Assembly (NCBI GenBank): GCA_041736305.1
Contig: JBGSTX010000177.1
Span: 1 to 27,147 of the forward strand
Length of the DNA: 27,147 bases
Direction: 5' to 3'
Source: Oligoflexus sp.
GTDB taxonomy: Bacteria > Bdellovibrionota_B > Oligoflexia > Oligoflexales > Oligoflexaceae
The position numbers and the translations under genes were made by a program. Below, one piece after another: positions 16,903 through 27,147 of the stretch. How positions within the stretch are numbered: position 1 is the stretch's first letter; each line of letters opens with the position of its first letter. Under the pieces are notes generated by a model. That model saw nothing but the letters and a program-made list of their open reading frames with translations, did not search any database and was not told the DNA's origin.

Positions 16903-17397
16903 ATGCATCAGTATCTCGTCGCGCTCGGCGCCAACCAAGGCGATCGAGAGTATTACATAGAACAAGCCATCGAAGCTATCCGTAGATCTTGCGGCCTTAT
17001 TCGTGCCCGCTCACGTTCCTATGAAACCGCGCCGCTTGGTGCTGCAGACCTGCCTTTTCTCAACTCTGCCGCGATCGTCGAGACGGCTGAAGAGCCGGAA
17101 CAAATGCTCAAAATCCTTATGAAAATCGAAGAGAGCTTAGGTCGCGTGCGCACCGTGCGCTGGGGCAATAGAACCATCGATTGTGACATCATTCTCTGGC
17201 GAAGGGCCGAAGGCCAGTTTCCTCTCTTTCAGAGCTCTATCCTGACGATTCCCCATCCTGAGGCCCATCGTCGCTCATTCGTGCTCGATCCAGCGGTAGA
17301 AATCGCTGCTGATTGGATTCATTCTGGACAGAATCTTACCGTAAGGCAGTTATGGCAGAGTTTAAGCGGTGGGACTCCGGCTCTTGAAAAGCCTTAA
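16903..17397 (+). CDS. folK: 2-amino-4-hydroxy-6-hydroxymethyldihydropteridine diphosphokinase
   Basis: ALGANQGD, YETAP, FLNSA, IEESLGR, RWGNRTIDCDI, IPHP. GAGGT RBS. Confidence 0.95.
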   Translation: MHQYLVALGANQGDREYYIEQAIEAIRRSCGLIRARSRSYETAPLGAADLPFLNSAAIVETAEEPEQMLKILMKIEESLGRVRTVRWGNRTIDCDIILWRRAEGQFPLFQSSILTIPHPEAHRRSFVLDPAVEIAADWIHSGQNLTVRQLWQSLSGGTPALEKP

Positions 17398-17398
17398 C

Positions 17399-17424
17399 GC
17401 AAAAAAGCGGCTCTAAAGCCGCTT
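17399..17424 (-). terminator. Rho-independent terminator for the HU gene (possibly bidirectional)
   Basis: Stem AAGCGGCT (17405-12) / AGCCGCTT (17417-24) with a 4-nt loop. The A-run at 17401-17406 gives a U-tail on the minus strand. Lies between convergent folK and HU. Confidence 0.8.
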
Positions 17425-17455
17425 CATTCTCGGTCCTAGGATCGAAAACTCGAGA

Positions 17456-17887
17456 TCAGACCATATCTTTCAAGGCTTTGAGCGGACGAACCTTAACCAC
17501 GTTACGGGCAGGCTTGGCTTTGAAAGTCATTTCTTCCCCGGTGAAAGGATTAGTACCTTTGCGGGCTTTAGTCGCTGGCTTACGCACAACGGTGACTTTC
17601 ATCAGTCCAGGAACGGTAAAGGTGCCTGGGCCTTTTTTCAAATCGTTGCCGATGAGCTCGCCCAGAGTCGAGAAAACAACGCCGATTTCCTTTTTGGAAA
17701 GACCGGTATTGTCGGAGAGGGCGGCCATCACCTGACTTTTCGTACGGGGTTTAGCAACTTTTTCGAAATTCTTGGGCCCTGTCAGGAGCGTGCGGGGCTC
17801 TTTTTTAGCTGCTTTTGGCTTCGTAGCGGCTTTTTTTGCTGGTTTCTTGCCTGCTTTAGCTTTAGTTCCGGCTTTTTTCTTGGCCAT
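17456..17887 (-). CDS. HU family DNA-binding protein with a Lys/Ala/Pro-rich N-terminal extension
   Basis: TKSQVMAALSDNTGLSKK, FTVPGLMK, arm KARKGTNPFTGEEM, KALKDMV. AGGAGGT RBS. Confidence 0.92.
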   Translation of the reverse strand: MAKKKAGTKAKAGKKPAKKAATKPKAAKKEPRTLLTGPKNFEKVAKPRTKSQVMAALSDNTGLSKKEIGVVFSTLGELIGNDLKKGPGTFTVPGLMKVTVVRKPATKARKGTNPFTGEEMTFKAKPARNVVKVRPLKALKDMV

Positions 17888-18158
17888 TGAATCGTGACCT
17901 CCTAAAAATTATGAATGTGCGATGAGTGCATACTCTATAAATTACGTTAAATGCGCTGGAAAAATCAAGCTGCAGTTGTTTTTTCTACCGCAAAACCGAG
18001 ACTCTCCATTACATCAGTTCAATTGAGAGAGGCAACTGTTTTAGGCTTAAAACCGCATTTTTACCCTGACGAATGATTTCACTTCCGTCTAAACGGTCTA
18101 AAAAACTTGATTTTTGCTGCTGAACTCCGATACGGACTCGAGGCTTTGGGGGGCAATC

Positions 18159-19340
18159 ATGAGGTCAAACATCGCAGTGCGGGACTTGCTGGGGAATAAA
18201 GCTATCCTCATCATAGAGCCTACCCTCAACTATAAAAACTCTATGAAGGGCTTCTTGAGCAACCTCAAGGTCACCCAATATAAAATCGTTTCTAACGTCC
18301 GAGACGCAAAAATCAGCCTTCTGACAATGGATGTCGGCCTTTTTATCGTCGAATGGGGCCTCAAAGACACCAACGGCATTCAATTCTGCCGGGAAATAAA
18401 GGAAAATCCGAAGCATCAATCGACCCCCTTCCTGCTCCTTTCTACCGAAAACTTACGCAAAGATGTGGTTTTGGCCAGCGAGGTAGGCGTGGATGGCTAT
18501 CTTTTGAAGCCTTTTAGCTATGAAGAATTTTGTGAAGCCGTGATGAACGCGCTCAAGACTAAAAACGTCCCAACCCACGTCAATCGCACTTTAGCCGAAG
18601 CCAACGACCTCTTGCGACTGAACGAGCTGGACCAAGCCGAAGCGCTCTTCGAAAAAGCCCGACAGACCAATCCTATCTCAGCTCGAGCCCTGCACGGCCT
18701 AGCGACAATAGCCGAGCGCCGCGAAGATTCGCAGAAGGCCCTGATGTTCCTCAAGCAGGCTTGTCTGATGAATCCCGAATACGTCGAGGCCCTGCGGGAT
18801 ATTCTCGAAATCCTCATGGTACGTGGACCGGTGCGCGAACTTATAGAATATGCCCAAAAAGCCCATGCCGCGAGTCCTGAGAACCCTAAGTATTCTTTGA
18901 TCCTGGCCAAAGCCTATCTCGAAGAAGAAGATCTCACCCTCTCGGAGAAATACTTCAAGAAGACCATCCGGCATGCCCCCAAGTTAGCTCAGGCTTACAA
19001 GGGTCTCGGTCAACTCTATCTGATTCAAGAAGAATACGATCTAGCCATGGGCAACTTGGAGAAGGCTCTCGATCTCGACGAAGGTGACGTCAGCGTTCTC
19101 AATTCGCTGGGCACTTCCTACGTCAAACTAGGGAAGTATGAGAAGGGAATTGAAAAGTACCTTGCCGCGCTCAAGATCAGACCGAGCGATTATAGAGTCA
19201 TGTTCAATTTAGGCTATGCAAAGGAAAAACTCGGCGATTTAGATAGCGCCCGCTTCTTCTACCAGCAGGCTCTGACGCACAATCCCGAGTTCGACAAGGC
19301 TAAGCGCCGCCTCAAGGGTCTGATTCCGCAGGCCAGCTGA
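18159..19340 (+). CDS. Atypical response-regulator receiver domain plus TPR repeats; start probably ATG 18159
   Basis: ILIIEP, LFIVEW, NGIQFC, PFLLLST, YLLKPF, followed by about 7 TPRs (e.g. AQAYKGLGQLY, SVLNSLGTSY, RVMFNLGYA). Confidence 0.88.
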   Translation: MRSNIAVRDLLGNKAILIIEPTLNYKNSMKGFLSNLKVTQYKIVSNVRDAKISLLTMDVGLFIVEWGLKDTNGIQFCREIKENPKHQSTPFLLLSTENLRKDVVLASEVGVDGYLLKPFSYEEFCEAVMNALKTKNVPTHVNRTLAEANDLLRLNELDQAEALFEKARQTNPISARALHGLATIAERREDSQKALMFLKQACLMNPEYVEALRDILEILMVRGPVRELIEYAQKAHAASPENPKYSLILAKAYLEEEDLTLSEKYFKKTIRHAPKLAQAYKGLGQLYLIQEEYDLAMGNLEKALDLDEGDVSVLNSLGTSYVKLGKYEKGIEKYLAALKIRPSDYRVMFNLGYAKEKLGDLDSARFFYQQALTHNPEFDKAKRRLKGLIPQAS

Positions 19341-19354
19341 TCACCGCATACTGT

Positions 19355-21334
<1,980 letters not shown>

Positions 21335-21475
21335 CTCCTGCCCCCTCTCTTCTGCATATCAGGAGTCCTAGGCGGATAGCCTGGCTGACTCCGCCCCCAA
21401 GCTACAGGTGGCCATCAGGAATGTAAAGAGAGGGATCCCTGGCAGCGGGAGGGCTAGAACTCCTGCGAATCTGAC

Positions 21476-22414
21476 TCACACGTCGACAGATCGATCGATT
21501 TTCTTGGCCAACTCGCGCAGTCTTTGCAGACCTTGGTTTGACCCTTCGTTCTGCGGCTCGCGAGTCTTCGCCTTGGAAGCCGAAGCAGAAGAGGAGGCTG
21601 TGAGCTTATCGTCTGCCGGTGCTTCGAGCTTGCTGCTTCGGCTTTCTTCGCGACGATAGCTCATCGACACCAGAGATTTCTGTGCTCGCTCTAGGCTCGA
21701 AGCTAGTGGCTTTGCGGGAGAAAGCTCGGGATTCGGCTGTGGTCGTTCGCTCCGTGCAGGTGCAGCTCGCGGCGTTTTAGGAGGCGGGTTCTGCACCCGC
21801 TTCGGGCCCATTCCAAGTTGTTGGAGGCGTTGCTTCATGACCAGTGGACTAACATTGAAAAATGCGGCGGTGGGTCCGTCAACGCCATTGAAGCGTTGAT
21901 GAGCCTTCTTAACCATGCCTTGAGGAAGGAGCAATGCCAGCGCGAAGAGATCGGCCTCTTGCAGGCGTGCACTCTTTCTTTGCTGTTTTTGTCCGCCTGT
22001 TGCTGCGGAGAATTCGTAAAGATCACCTTCGAGTTGGTATAGTTCCGAGCTGAGATCGGCGCGGGCCATCGATGGCTGGATGGCGAACAAAAAATACCCG
22101 AGTAGATGAGCTAGGGTGAAGTTTTTTTCTCGAACGTCCTGGATGCTGACGTTCAGACTGAGAACCACCGAATACTGACCCTTTGCATCAAAGGCTCGCA
22201 CGCGCCCGATACCAGGCCCCTTCTCGCGTTCGACTCTGATCCCCATCTGGGTCAAGAGCCCTTCGACGTCGAGTCGTGGGGAATAAGTCGTGCGCGCACC
22301 GAAATATTTGCGAACTGAACATGCCAGTGTTTCCAGATCACCTTTTTGAACAAGCTGCAGAATTTCAGGAAAGATAGCAAACATACTCTGAACCTCCGGA
22401 AGAGCCTTCTTCAT
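21476..22414 (-). CDS. ImmA/IrrE (DUF955) metallopeptidase-fold protein with degenerate active site, HTH-like segment and disordered tail
   Basis: REKNFTLAHLLGY (cf. RxRFTLAHELGH), EADLFALALLLP (cf. EANxFAxxLLMP), AAFFNVSPLVMKQRL (cf. LAxxFxVSxxAxxxRL). Confidence 0.8.
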   Translation of the reverse strand: MKKALPEVQSMFAIFPEILQLVQKGDLETLACSVRKYFGARTTYSPRLDVEGLLTQMGIRVEREKGPGIGRVRAFDAKGQYSVVLSLNVSIQDVREKNFTLAHLLGYFLFAIQPSMARADLSSELYQLEGDLYEFSAATGGQKQQRKSARLQEADLFALALLLPQGMVKKAHQRFNGVDGPTAAFFNVSPLVMKQRLQQLGMGPKRVQNPPPKTPRAAPARSERPQPNPELSPAKPLASSLERAQKSLVSMSYRREESRSSKLEAPADDKLTASSSASASKAKTREPQNEGSNQGLQRLRELAKKIDRSVDV

Positions 22415-22873
22415 TGTACTCGGAAATGCTCTAGAAGAGAGAGTCTCGCCACTTTACCTCCACGTCGAGAATTCGTCCTAAATATTTGTAATATATAAGG
22501 AATGCTCCCCCTCGAGGCAACAGCGCCAAAGTCCGCAGATCGGTCTTGCACCGAGTGACGAGGTCAGTTTCATCGTTCTTTTGGGATGTGATCGATAGAT
22601 CTGGCGTCTTGCAAAAACTGCTGAAGAAATGTCGGCCTCGCGATTCTTTGCTTTCCAAAAGCTTTTCTCGAACGCGGGTCTGCCCTGTTCTTTGTTGTCT
22701 GGCGCCTTCGTTTGACAATGGCTCCGAAGGAGTTCGGCAGCTTCGTAAAAAAATTTTGCTGCATCTTGCTCAGAGATTTTTTTTTGTGCGAGAAAAGATT
22801 GAAATGGAATAAATTTTTCGGTAACACTATACCTAACACAGTCATGCGACAGCTCATCTCTTAGGAGGAGACC

Positions 22874-23152
22874 TTGGAAGAGAATCAACAAGCCGATCTA
22901 GGCGCACCGGAAGTAAAAAGCACCAAGAAAAAGCGTGCGACAAAGAAGAAAGCCGGTAAGAAAAAAGGCGCGAAAAAAGCGGTAGCCAAGAAAAAGACCA
23001 GCAAGAAAAAAGCTACTAAAAAGGCAGCCAAGAAGAAGCCAGCAAAGGCTACTCGCAAAAAGGCAGCTAAGAAAAAAGTAGTCAAGAAAAAGGCCACTAA
23101 GAAAGCCGCCACCAAGAAAAAGGCGACTAAAAAGAAAGCCAAGAAGAAATAA
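22874..23152 (+). CDS. Histone H1-like Lys/Ala-rich basic protein (92 aa)
   Basis: Strong AGGAGGAG RBS before TTG. 43 Lys of 92 aa (my count), five ATKK repeats with synonymous codon variation, own terminator. Confidence 0.85.
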   Translation: MEENQQADLGAPEVKSTKKKRATKKKAGKKKGAKKAVAKKKTSKKKATKKAAKKKPAKATRKKAAKKKVVKKKATKKAATKKKATKKKAKKK

Positions 23153-23174
23153 CTTGGTCTATAGAGCCTAAAAG

Positions 23175-23209
23175 GGCTGGAAGCAGCAAGCTTCCAGCCA
23201 TCTTTATTT
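23175..23209 (+). terminator. Rho-independent terminator after the H1-like gene
   Basis: Perfect 10-bp stem GGCTGGAAGC / GCTTCCAGCC with a 5-nt loop, followed by ATCTTTATTT. Confidence 0.8.
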
Positions 23210-23283
23210 CTACATCCCGGACAAAGCGACTCCCCTAGAGCCGCAAATGGGGGTTCCTCGGGAGCTCGCATGGGGGAACGTGA

Positions 23284-24420
23284 TTGAAAAAGTCTAGTGC
23301 TGCTACTTTGAGACTCCTTTACCTGCACAACAAACAAGGCTTTACTCGGCTTCGCTATGACATGGGTCGCGAGCTGGTTATGATCTTTAGCACAGCCACT
23401 CTATTGGCGCTTTTCTTCTATATATTTCACGACTTTTTGAACGAAAAAATTGCCGGTGTTGCGCCTCATCTGAGACAAGCGATGAGCCGAGGCTTTCTCT
23501 CTATCCTACTTGTTTTGCTAGGCCCTGTCTTAGCCGGCCAGCTCAAGAACCTATGGCAAAGCGAGATGGGTTGGAATGCCTTCGCCTTACGAGCGGGAGA
23601 GGATCCTCGGGTACTCAGGAGCTTTCGCTGCTTGCAAACTCTCTGGCTTCTCGCACTATCCTATGGCTTTTTCTACTTAGTTCTTCTTCCCCGTTTCGAA
23701 ACCGGATCGACTTCTTTATTTTGGCTTTGGCAAAGCCTCGGCCTCATCCTCGGCGCGGTCCGCCTGCGTTGGTTTTCTGACCAGGATCCCGCTGCGAAAA
23801 ATCAATTGAAGCCTATCTTAAAGAGCGAGCTTCAAAGTCGCAGCCAGACCCTCCTCCTTTGGCGCTGGCATCAATTGAGTCGACGTCATCGACTGGCCCG
23901 TCTTTGTCTAGGACTCGGTATTGCACTGCAGATCGCAAATTTCAGCTTACTGGCCAGTGGCTGGCCTTTCTTCATTTCGATCTTAGGGGCGATGTTGAGT
24001 AGTCTCCTCTTTGCTTCGGCCGTAGCGTTTCAGCTCGAGGAGGACATGCGTTCTGTGTGGTTTGAGCGACAGCTAGGTTGCTCGCACCAAGAATTTGTTG
24101 CGGTCTATCAGAAGCTTTGCTTTGGGCTCGGCGGGGCGCTAGCTCTGATCGCCTTCGTCCCCTGCCTTATCTTTTCGAGGTCCTATCCATTGGCCGAAAC
24201 CTGGAAAATCATCCCTATAGCGGCCCTATTTCCGAGTCTCTTGCCCTCGGTTATGTTCCAGCTTGCTCCTGAGCGACCACTGCTGCAGATCCTGGTCACG
24301 GCTCTCTTAGGGCTCTTTCTGGGTACTGCCATCTATGCCCACGCTCTCTCCCTAGTCTTAGTTCCCTTTTTGATCTACTACGCGAAAAACTATCAGCAGA
24401 ACAATTTTTACCGCACCTAG
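23284..24420 (+). CDS. Multi-pass membrane protein, probable ABC transporter permease
   Basis: About 10 hydrophobic segments in two halves. Directly upstream of an ABC ATPase. Confidence 0.65.
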   Translation: MKKSSAATLRLLYLHNKQGFTRLRYDMGRELVMIFSTATLLALFFYIFHDFLNEKIAGVAPHLRQAMSRGFLSILLVLLGPVLAGQLKNLWQSEMGWNAFALRAGEDPRVLRSFRCLQTLWLLALSYGFFYLVLLPRFETGSTSLFWLWQSLGLILGAVRLRWFSDQDPAAKNQLKPILKSELQSRSQTLLLWRWHQLSRRHRLARLCLGLGIALQIANFSLLASGWPFFISILGAMLSSLLFASAVAFQLEEDMRSVWFERQLGCSHQEFVAVYQKLCFGLGGALALIAFVPCLIFSRSYPLAETWKIIPIAALFPSLLPSVMFQLAPERPLLQILVTALLGLFLGTAIYAHALSLVLVPFLIYYAKNYQQNNFYRT

Positions 24421-24434
24421 TGCGGGAGGAACCC

Positions 24435-25169
24435 ATGCTACCTTTGCACATAGAAGGGCTTGCCAAACAATACCCTCAAAGCAACTTCCAGCTAGGGCCT
24501 ATCGACCTCAGTCTGAAGGCTGGAGCGAGTCTCGCTATCTTTGGTAAAAACGGAGCCGGCAAGTCGACTCTTTTTCAGATGCTCAGCGGACATCTTCGAC
24601 CCGATAGCGGTAAGATCACTCTCTTTGGGGAGCTGATGAACTTGGAGGCTTTTACCCTAAAGCGCCGCATCGGCTATCTTCCACAGCACCTCGATCTTCC
24701 TCGTTGGGTAAGCGGCTTCGACATCGTGACCTATGCGCTTCGACTCTATGCGGTCAGCGAACTCGAGAAGCGGCGGAACGAGGTGCTCCGCTATTGGGAC
24801 TGCGAAAGCTATGCCCATAAGCCGATTGCAGCTTGCTCCTATGGAATGCAAAAGCGAGTAGGCCTGGCGATCGCGATGCTGCACGATCCTGATCTCTTGA
24901 TTCTGGACGAGCCATTTTCTGGTCTCGATCTCTTTCACATCCGTGCCTTAGAGAACTTGCTTGAGGAGCGTCGAGCTCGTAAAGTCACGATTATCAGCAC
25001 GCATGTAGCAGCTTATGCGGCAAAGCTCAACGACTGTGCCGTCAGCCTGCAGGATGGGAAGTTGAAAACGCTTTCCGCCTGGCCCGACGCATCTTTTGTC
25101 GAGCGTATCGAGCTGATGGAAAGTGAGTTCTTCCCCCGATCGTCACCCAAGCAAGGACTGAATCGCTGA
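24435..25169 (+). CDS. ABC transporter ATP-binding protein (ABC-2/CcmA-like); start probably ATG 24435
   Basis: GKNGAGKST, Q-loop GYLPQ, signature CSYGMQKR, LLILDEP, ISTH. GGAGGA RBS. Confidence 0.9.
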   Translation: MLPLHIEGLAKQYPQSNFQLGPIDLSLKAGASLAIFGKNGAGKSTLFQMLSGHLRPDSGKITLFGELMNLEAFTLKRRIGYLPQHLDLPRWVSGFDIVTYALRLYAVSELEKRRNEVLRYWDCESYAHKPIAACSYGMQKRVGLAIAMLHDPDLLILDEPFSGLDLFHIRALENLLEERRARKVTIISTHVAAYAAKLNDCAVSLQDGKLKTLSAWPDASFVERIELMESEFFPRSSPKQGLNR

Positions 25170-26905
25170 TGGAATCTCGAGGTATCCTCCGCTTTACCCG
25201 TCAATTTGCTTACGAACTCTGGCCCTGGTACCTCAGCGGTGCCTTCTTTCTGATCGTCACCAATATTATCACCCTCGAGATCCCGCAGCTCGCCAAGCGT
25301 ATCGTCAACGCCTTACAAGCGCCGATCGATGCGGCCAGCTCAGAGGATTTGTCAAAACTAGCTATCGGTATTGCGCTGCTCGGCTTCGGTCAGATTATCG
25401 TCAGAAGTACCTCGCGCATTCTAATTTTCTGGCCAGGACGACGCTTAGAAGCCAGCTCTAAATCCTTTCTTTTTGCGCGGGCTCTCCATCTGCCGCAGAC
25501 CTTTTTCGACAAGTTCGGGATGGGCGATCTCATTTCGCGTCTATCTAATGATCTGGGGCAGCTACGGATCTTTTTTGCCTTCGCCGTCCTCCAGGTGCTC
25601 AATCTCTGCTTCATAGCAATTTTCACGCTCTATAAAATGTTCAGTGTCCACGCTCTCCTCACCACGGCCGCCCTCGTTCCCATACTTTTCATGTTGGTGA
25701 CGGCCCGCTTTATTATGCCCAAGCTGCAGCGCTTCACCAAAATGAACCAAGAGGCCCTCGGTTTTCTCACCAACCGCGTCACCGAGAGCTTTACCAATAT
25801 CCATATCATTCAATCGAATGCAGCTGAGGCCAGCTTTCGCGCTCTGATTGAGCGCGAGAACGACAAAGTTTATGCTACGGACACCAAGGTACTCGTGTTG
25901 AGGACGCTCTTCTTCCCGCTTATGAGCTGTCTGACGGGGCTAGCACAGCTCATCGTCCTCTTTTACGGTGGTCAGCTCGTGATAGGCAAAGAACTGACGA
26001 TCGGGGATATTTTGGCCTTTAATATCTACCTTTCCTACCTGGCTTTTCCTTTGACTTCGATAGGGATCGTGCTGGCGATATACCAGCGATCTAAGAGCGC
26101 TTTAGAGCGCCTCGATCCCATCTTCGATGAGCCGGCCGAGCGAGATCTTGACGCCGCTCCGACTGCGGCAACGGAGTCACTGGTCTCGTTCGACAAGCTG
26201 AGCTTTCGTTATCCCAGTCAGGGTGAGGAGCATAGGGCTTTGCAGGACGTCAGTTTTCAATTGAAAGAGGGCGAAATGCTGGGGCTCTGCGGACCAGTCG
26301 GCGGCGGTAAGAGCACTCTCTTTCAACTGCTCACCCGCATCTACGATCCCCCGCGCGGCTCGATTCGCCTGCGCGGTGTCGACATTCTCGGTCTCCATCC
26401 TGACGAGCTGCGGCAGCGCTTTGCCTATGCTCAACAGCGGGTCCATCTCTTCTCAGCGAGCATTCAGGAAAATCTAGGTCTGGGCATGGATCCGAAACCG
26501 AGTCAAAAGCAGCTCGAAGAAGCCGCTGCTGCCGCACAGCTTCTAGCGGAAATCGAAGCTTTTCCGCAGGGCTGGGACACAGAAGTCGGTGAGAAGGGTC
26601 TCAGGCTCTCGGGTGGTCAGAAGCAGCGATTGGCTTTAGCGCGGGTTTTTCTGCGACGTCCGCAACTGCTTCTGCTCGATGATGTGCTCTCAGCCGTGGA
26701 CAATATCACCGAAACTCGGCTTTTGCAGGAGCTGCGTCAAAGGCGTGTGAGTATGCTGATCAGTTCGCACCGGAGTTCGGTGCTCGAACTCTGCGATCGC
26801 GTGATCTATCTGGAGGACGGTGTGCTGCGCGATCAAGGCCCCTTTGCCGAGCTCATCAAGAGGCAACCCCATCTGCAAGAGGCCATTCATGACGAATCCA
26901 AATGA
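25169..26905 (+). CDS. Fused TMD-NBD ABC exporter half-transporter (MdlA/YheI-like)
   Basis: GDLISRLSND, GPVGGGKST, VGEKGLRLSGGQKQR, Walker B LLLDD (degenerate), SHR. Confidence 0.92.
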   Translation: MESRGILRFTRQFAYELWPWYLSGAFFLIVTNIITLEIPQLAKRIVNALQAPIDAASSEDLSKLAIGIALLGFGQIIVRSTSRILIFWPGRRLEASSKSFLFARALHLPQTFFDKFGMGDLISRLSNDLGQLRIFFAFAVLQVLNLCFIAIFTLYKMFSVHALLTTAALVPILFMLVTARFIMPKLQRFTKMNQEALGFLTNRVTESFTNIHIIQSNAAEASFRALIERENDKVYATDTKVLVLRTLFFPLMSCLTGLAQLIVLFYGGQLVIGKELTIGDILAFNIYLSYLAFPLTSIGIVLAIYQRSKSALERLDPIFDEPAERDLDAAPTAATESLVSFDKLSFRYPSQGEEHRALQDVSFQLKEGEMLGLCGPVGGGKSTLFQLLTRIYDPPRGSIRLRGVDILGLHPDELRQRFAYAQQRVHLFSASIQENLGLGMDPKPSQKQLEEAAAAAQLLAEIEAFPQGWDTEVGEKGLRLSGGQKQRLALARVFLRRPQLLLLDDVLSAVDNITETRLLQELRQRRVSMLISSHRSSVLELCDRVIYLEDGVLRDQGPFAELIKRQPHLQEAIHDESK

Positions 26906-27147
26906 GAAGCTTTCGCAGGATTTCCGGCGCCTTCGAAGGCTCTGGCCCTACTTGCGTTCGAATAAAGGTCTGCTCCTTACGGCCTGCGTTCTGATACCCC
27001 TGATTTCGCTCATGCAGATGGGAGTGCCTTTCCTCCTGAGGTGGACGATAGACCATGGGATCGTGCCGGCTGATTTCAGGGTGTTGGCCTGGGGAGCTGC
27101 CGGATATTTTATTTTGGTCGTCGCTGAATATGCAACGCGGGCTCTGC
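26889..27147 (+). CDS. N-terminal part of a second ABC half-transporter (MdlB-like partner); runs off the window
   Basis: Not in the ORF track. My translation from ATG 26889 is MTNPNEKLSQDFRRLRRLWPYLRSNK...PFLLRWTIDHGI..., a typical exporter N-terminus, open to the window end and overlapping the upstream stop. Confidence 0.85.
   Translation, partial: MTNPNEKLSQDFRRLRRLWPYLRSNKGLLLTACVLIPLISLMQMGVPFLLRWTIDHGIVPADFRVLAWGAAGYFILVVAEYATRAL

Noticed and set aside
17960..18115. 10-bp inverted repeat AAAAATCAAG / CTTGATTTTT flanking the HU-regulator divergent region
   Set aside because: Short and AT-rich, no target duplication or transposase. Could be chance or two -35-like boxes without convincing -10 partners.
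22431..22891. Several overlapping 88-137 aa ORFs in the intergenic gap
   Set aside because: No RBS or recognisable motif, mutually overlapping, composition driven by A/T tracts.
22920..23150. Short direct repeats (AAGAAAAAGGCNACTAA) resembling an array
   Set aside because: Explained by KKATKK protein repeats with synonymous variation; no spacers, so not CRISPR.
22885..23337. 150-aa Phe/Leu/Ala-rich minus-strand ORF that looks like a membrane protein
   Set aside because: Antisense shadow of the Lys-rich gene (AAA/AAG read as TTT/CTT). The plus strand has the RBS and terminator.

Overview
A gene-dense, core-genome-like bacterial window (moderate GC, about 55% by eye). The gene complement and lineage-specific hypotheticals suggest Bdellovibrionota/Oligoflexia or a related deltaproteobacterium; this is inference, not a search result. 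Recognisable genes are: the C-terminal end of a GGDEF cyclase, rpoZ, nnr (YjeF), a gamma-carbonic anhydrase, a rhodanese, an SGNH esterase, a HAD-IIA/pdxA/uvrA-like operon, folK, an HU protein, a REC-TPR regulator, acetoacetate-CoA ligase, a histone H1-like protein and an ABC transporter cluster. I saw no tRNA, rRNA, CRISPR array or mobile element, and no clearly complete novel multi-gene system. The most unusual items are: (1) a tandem pair of previously unlinked hypothetical paralogs; (2) a UvrA that keeps the UvrB-binding domain but has its insertion domain replaced by an acidic linker; (3) a catalytically dead ImmA/IrrE-like protein divergent from a 47%-lysine H1-like protein; (4) a ShK-like six-cysteine module on a secreted esterase; (5) a secreted HExxxH metallopeptidase-like protein; (6) a TPR plus beta-barrel outer-membrane protein; (7) a Glu-type pseudo-receiver.
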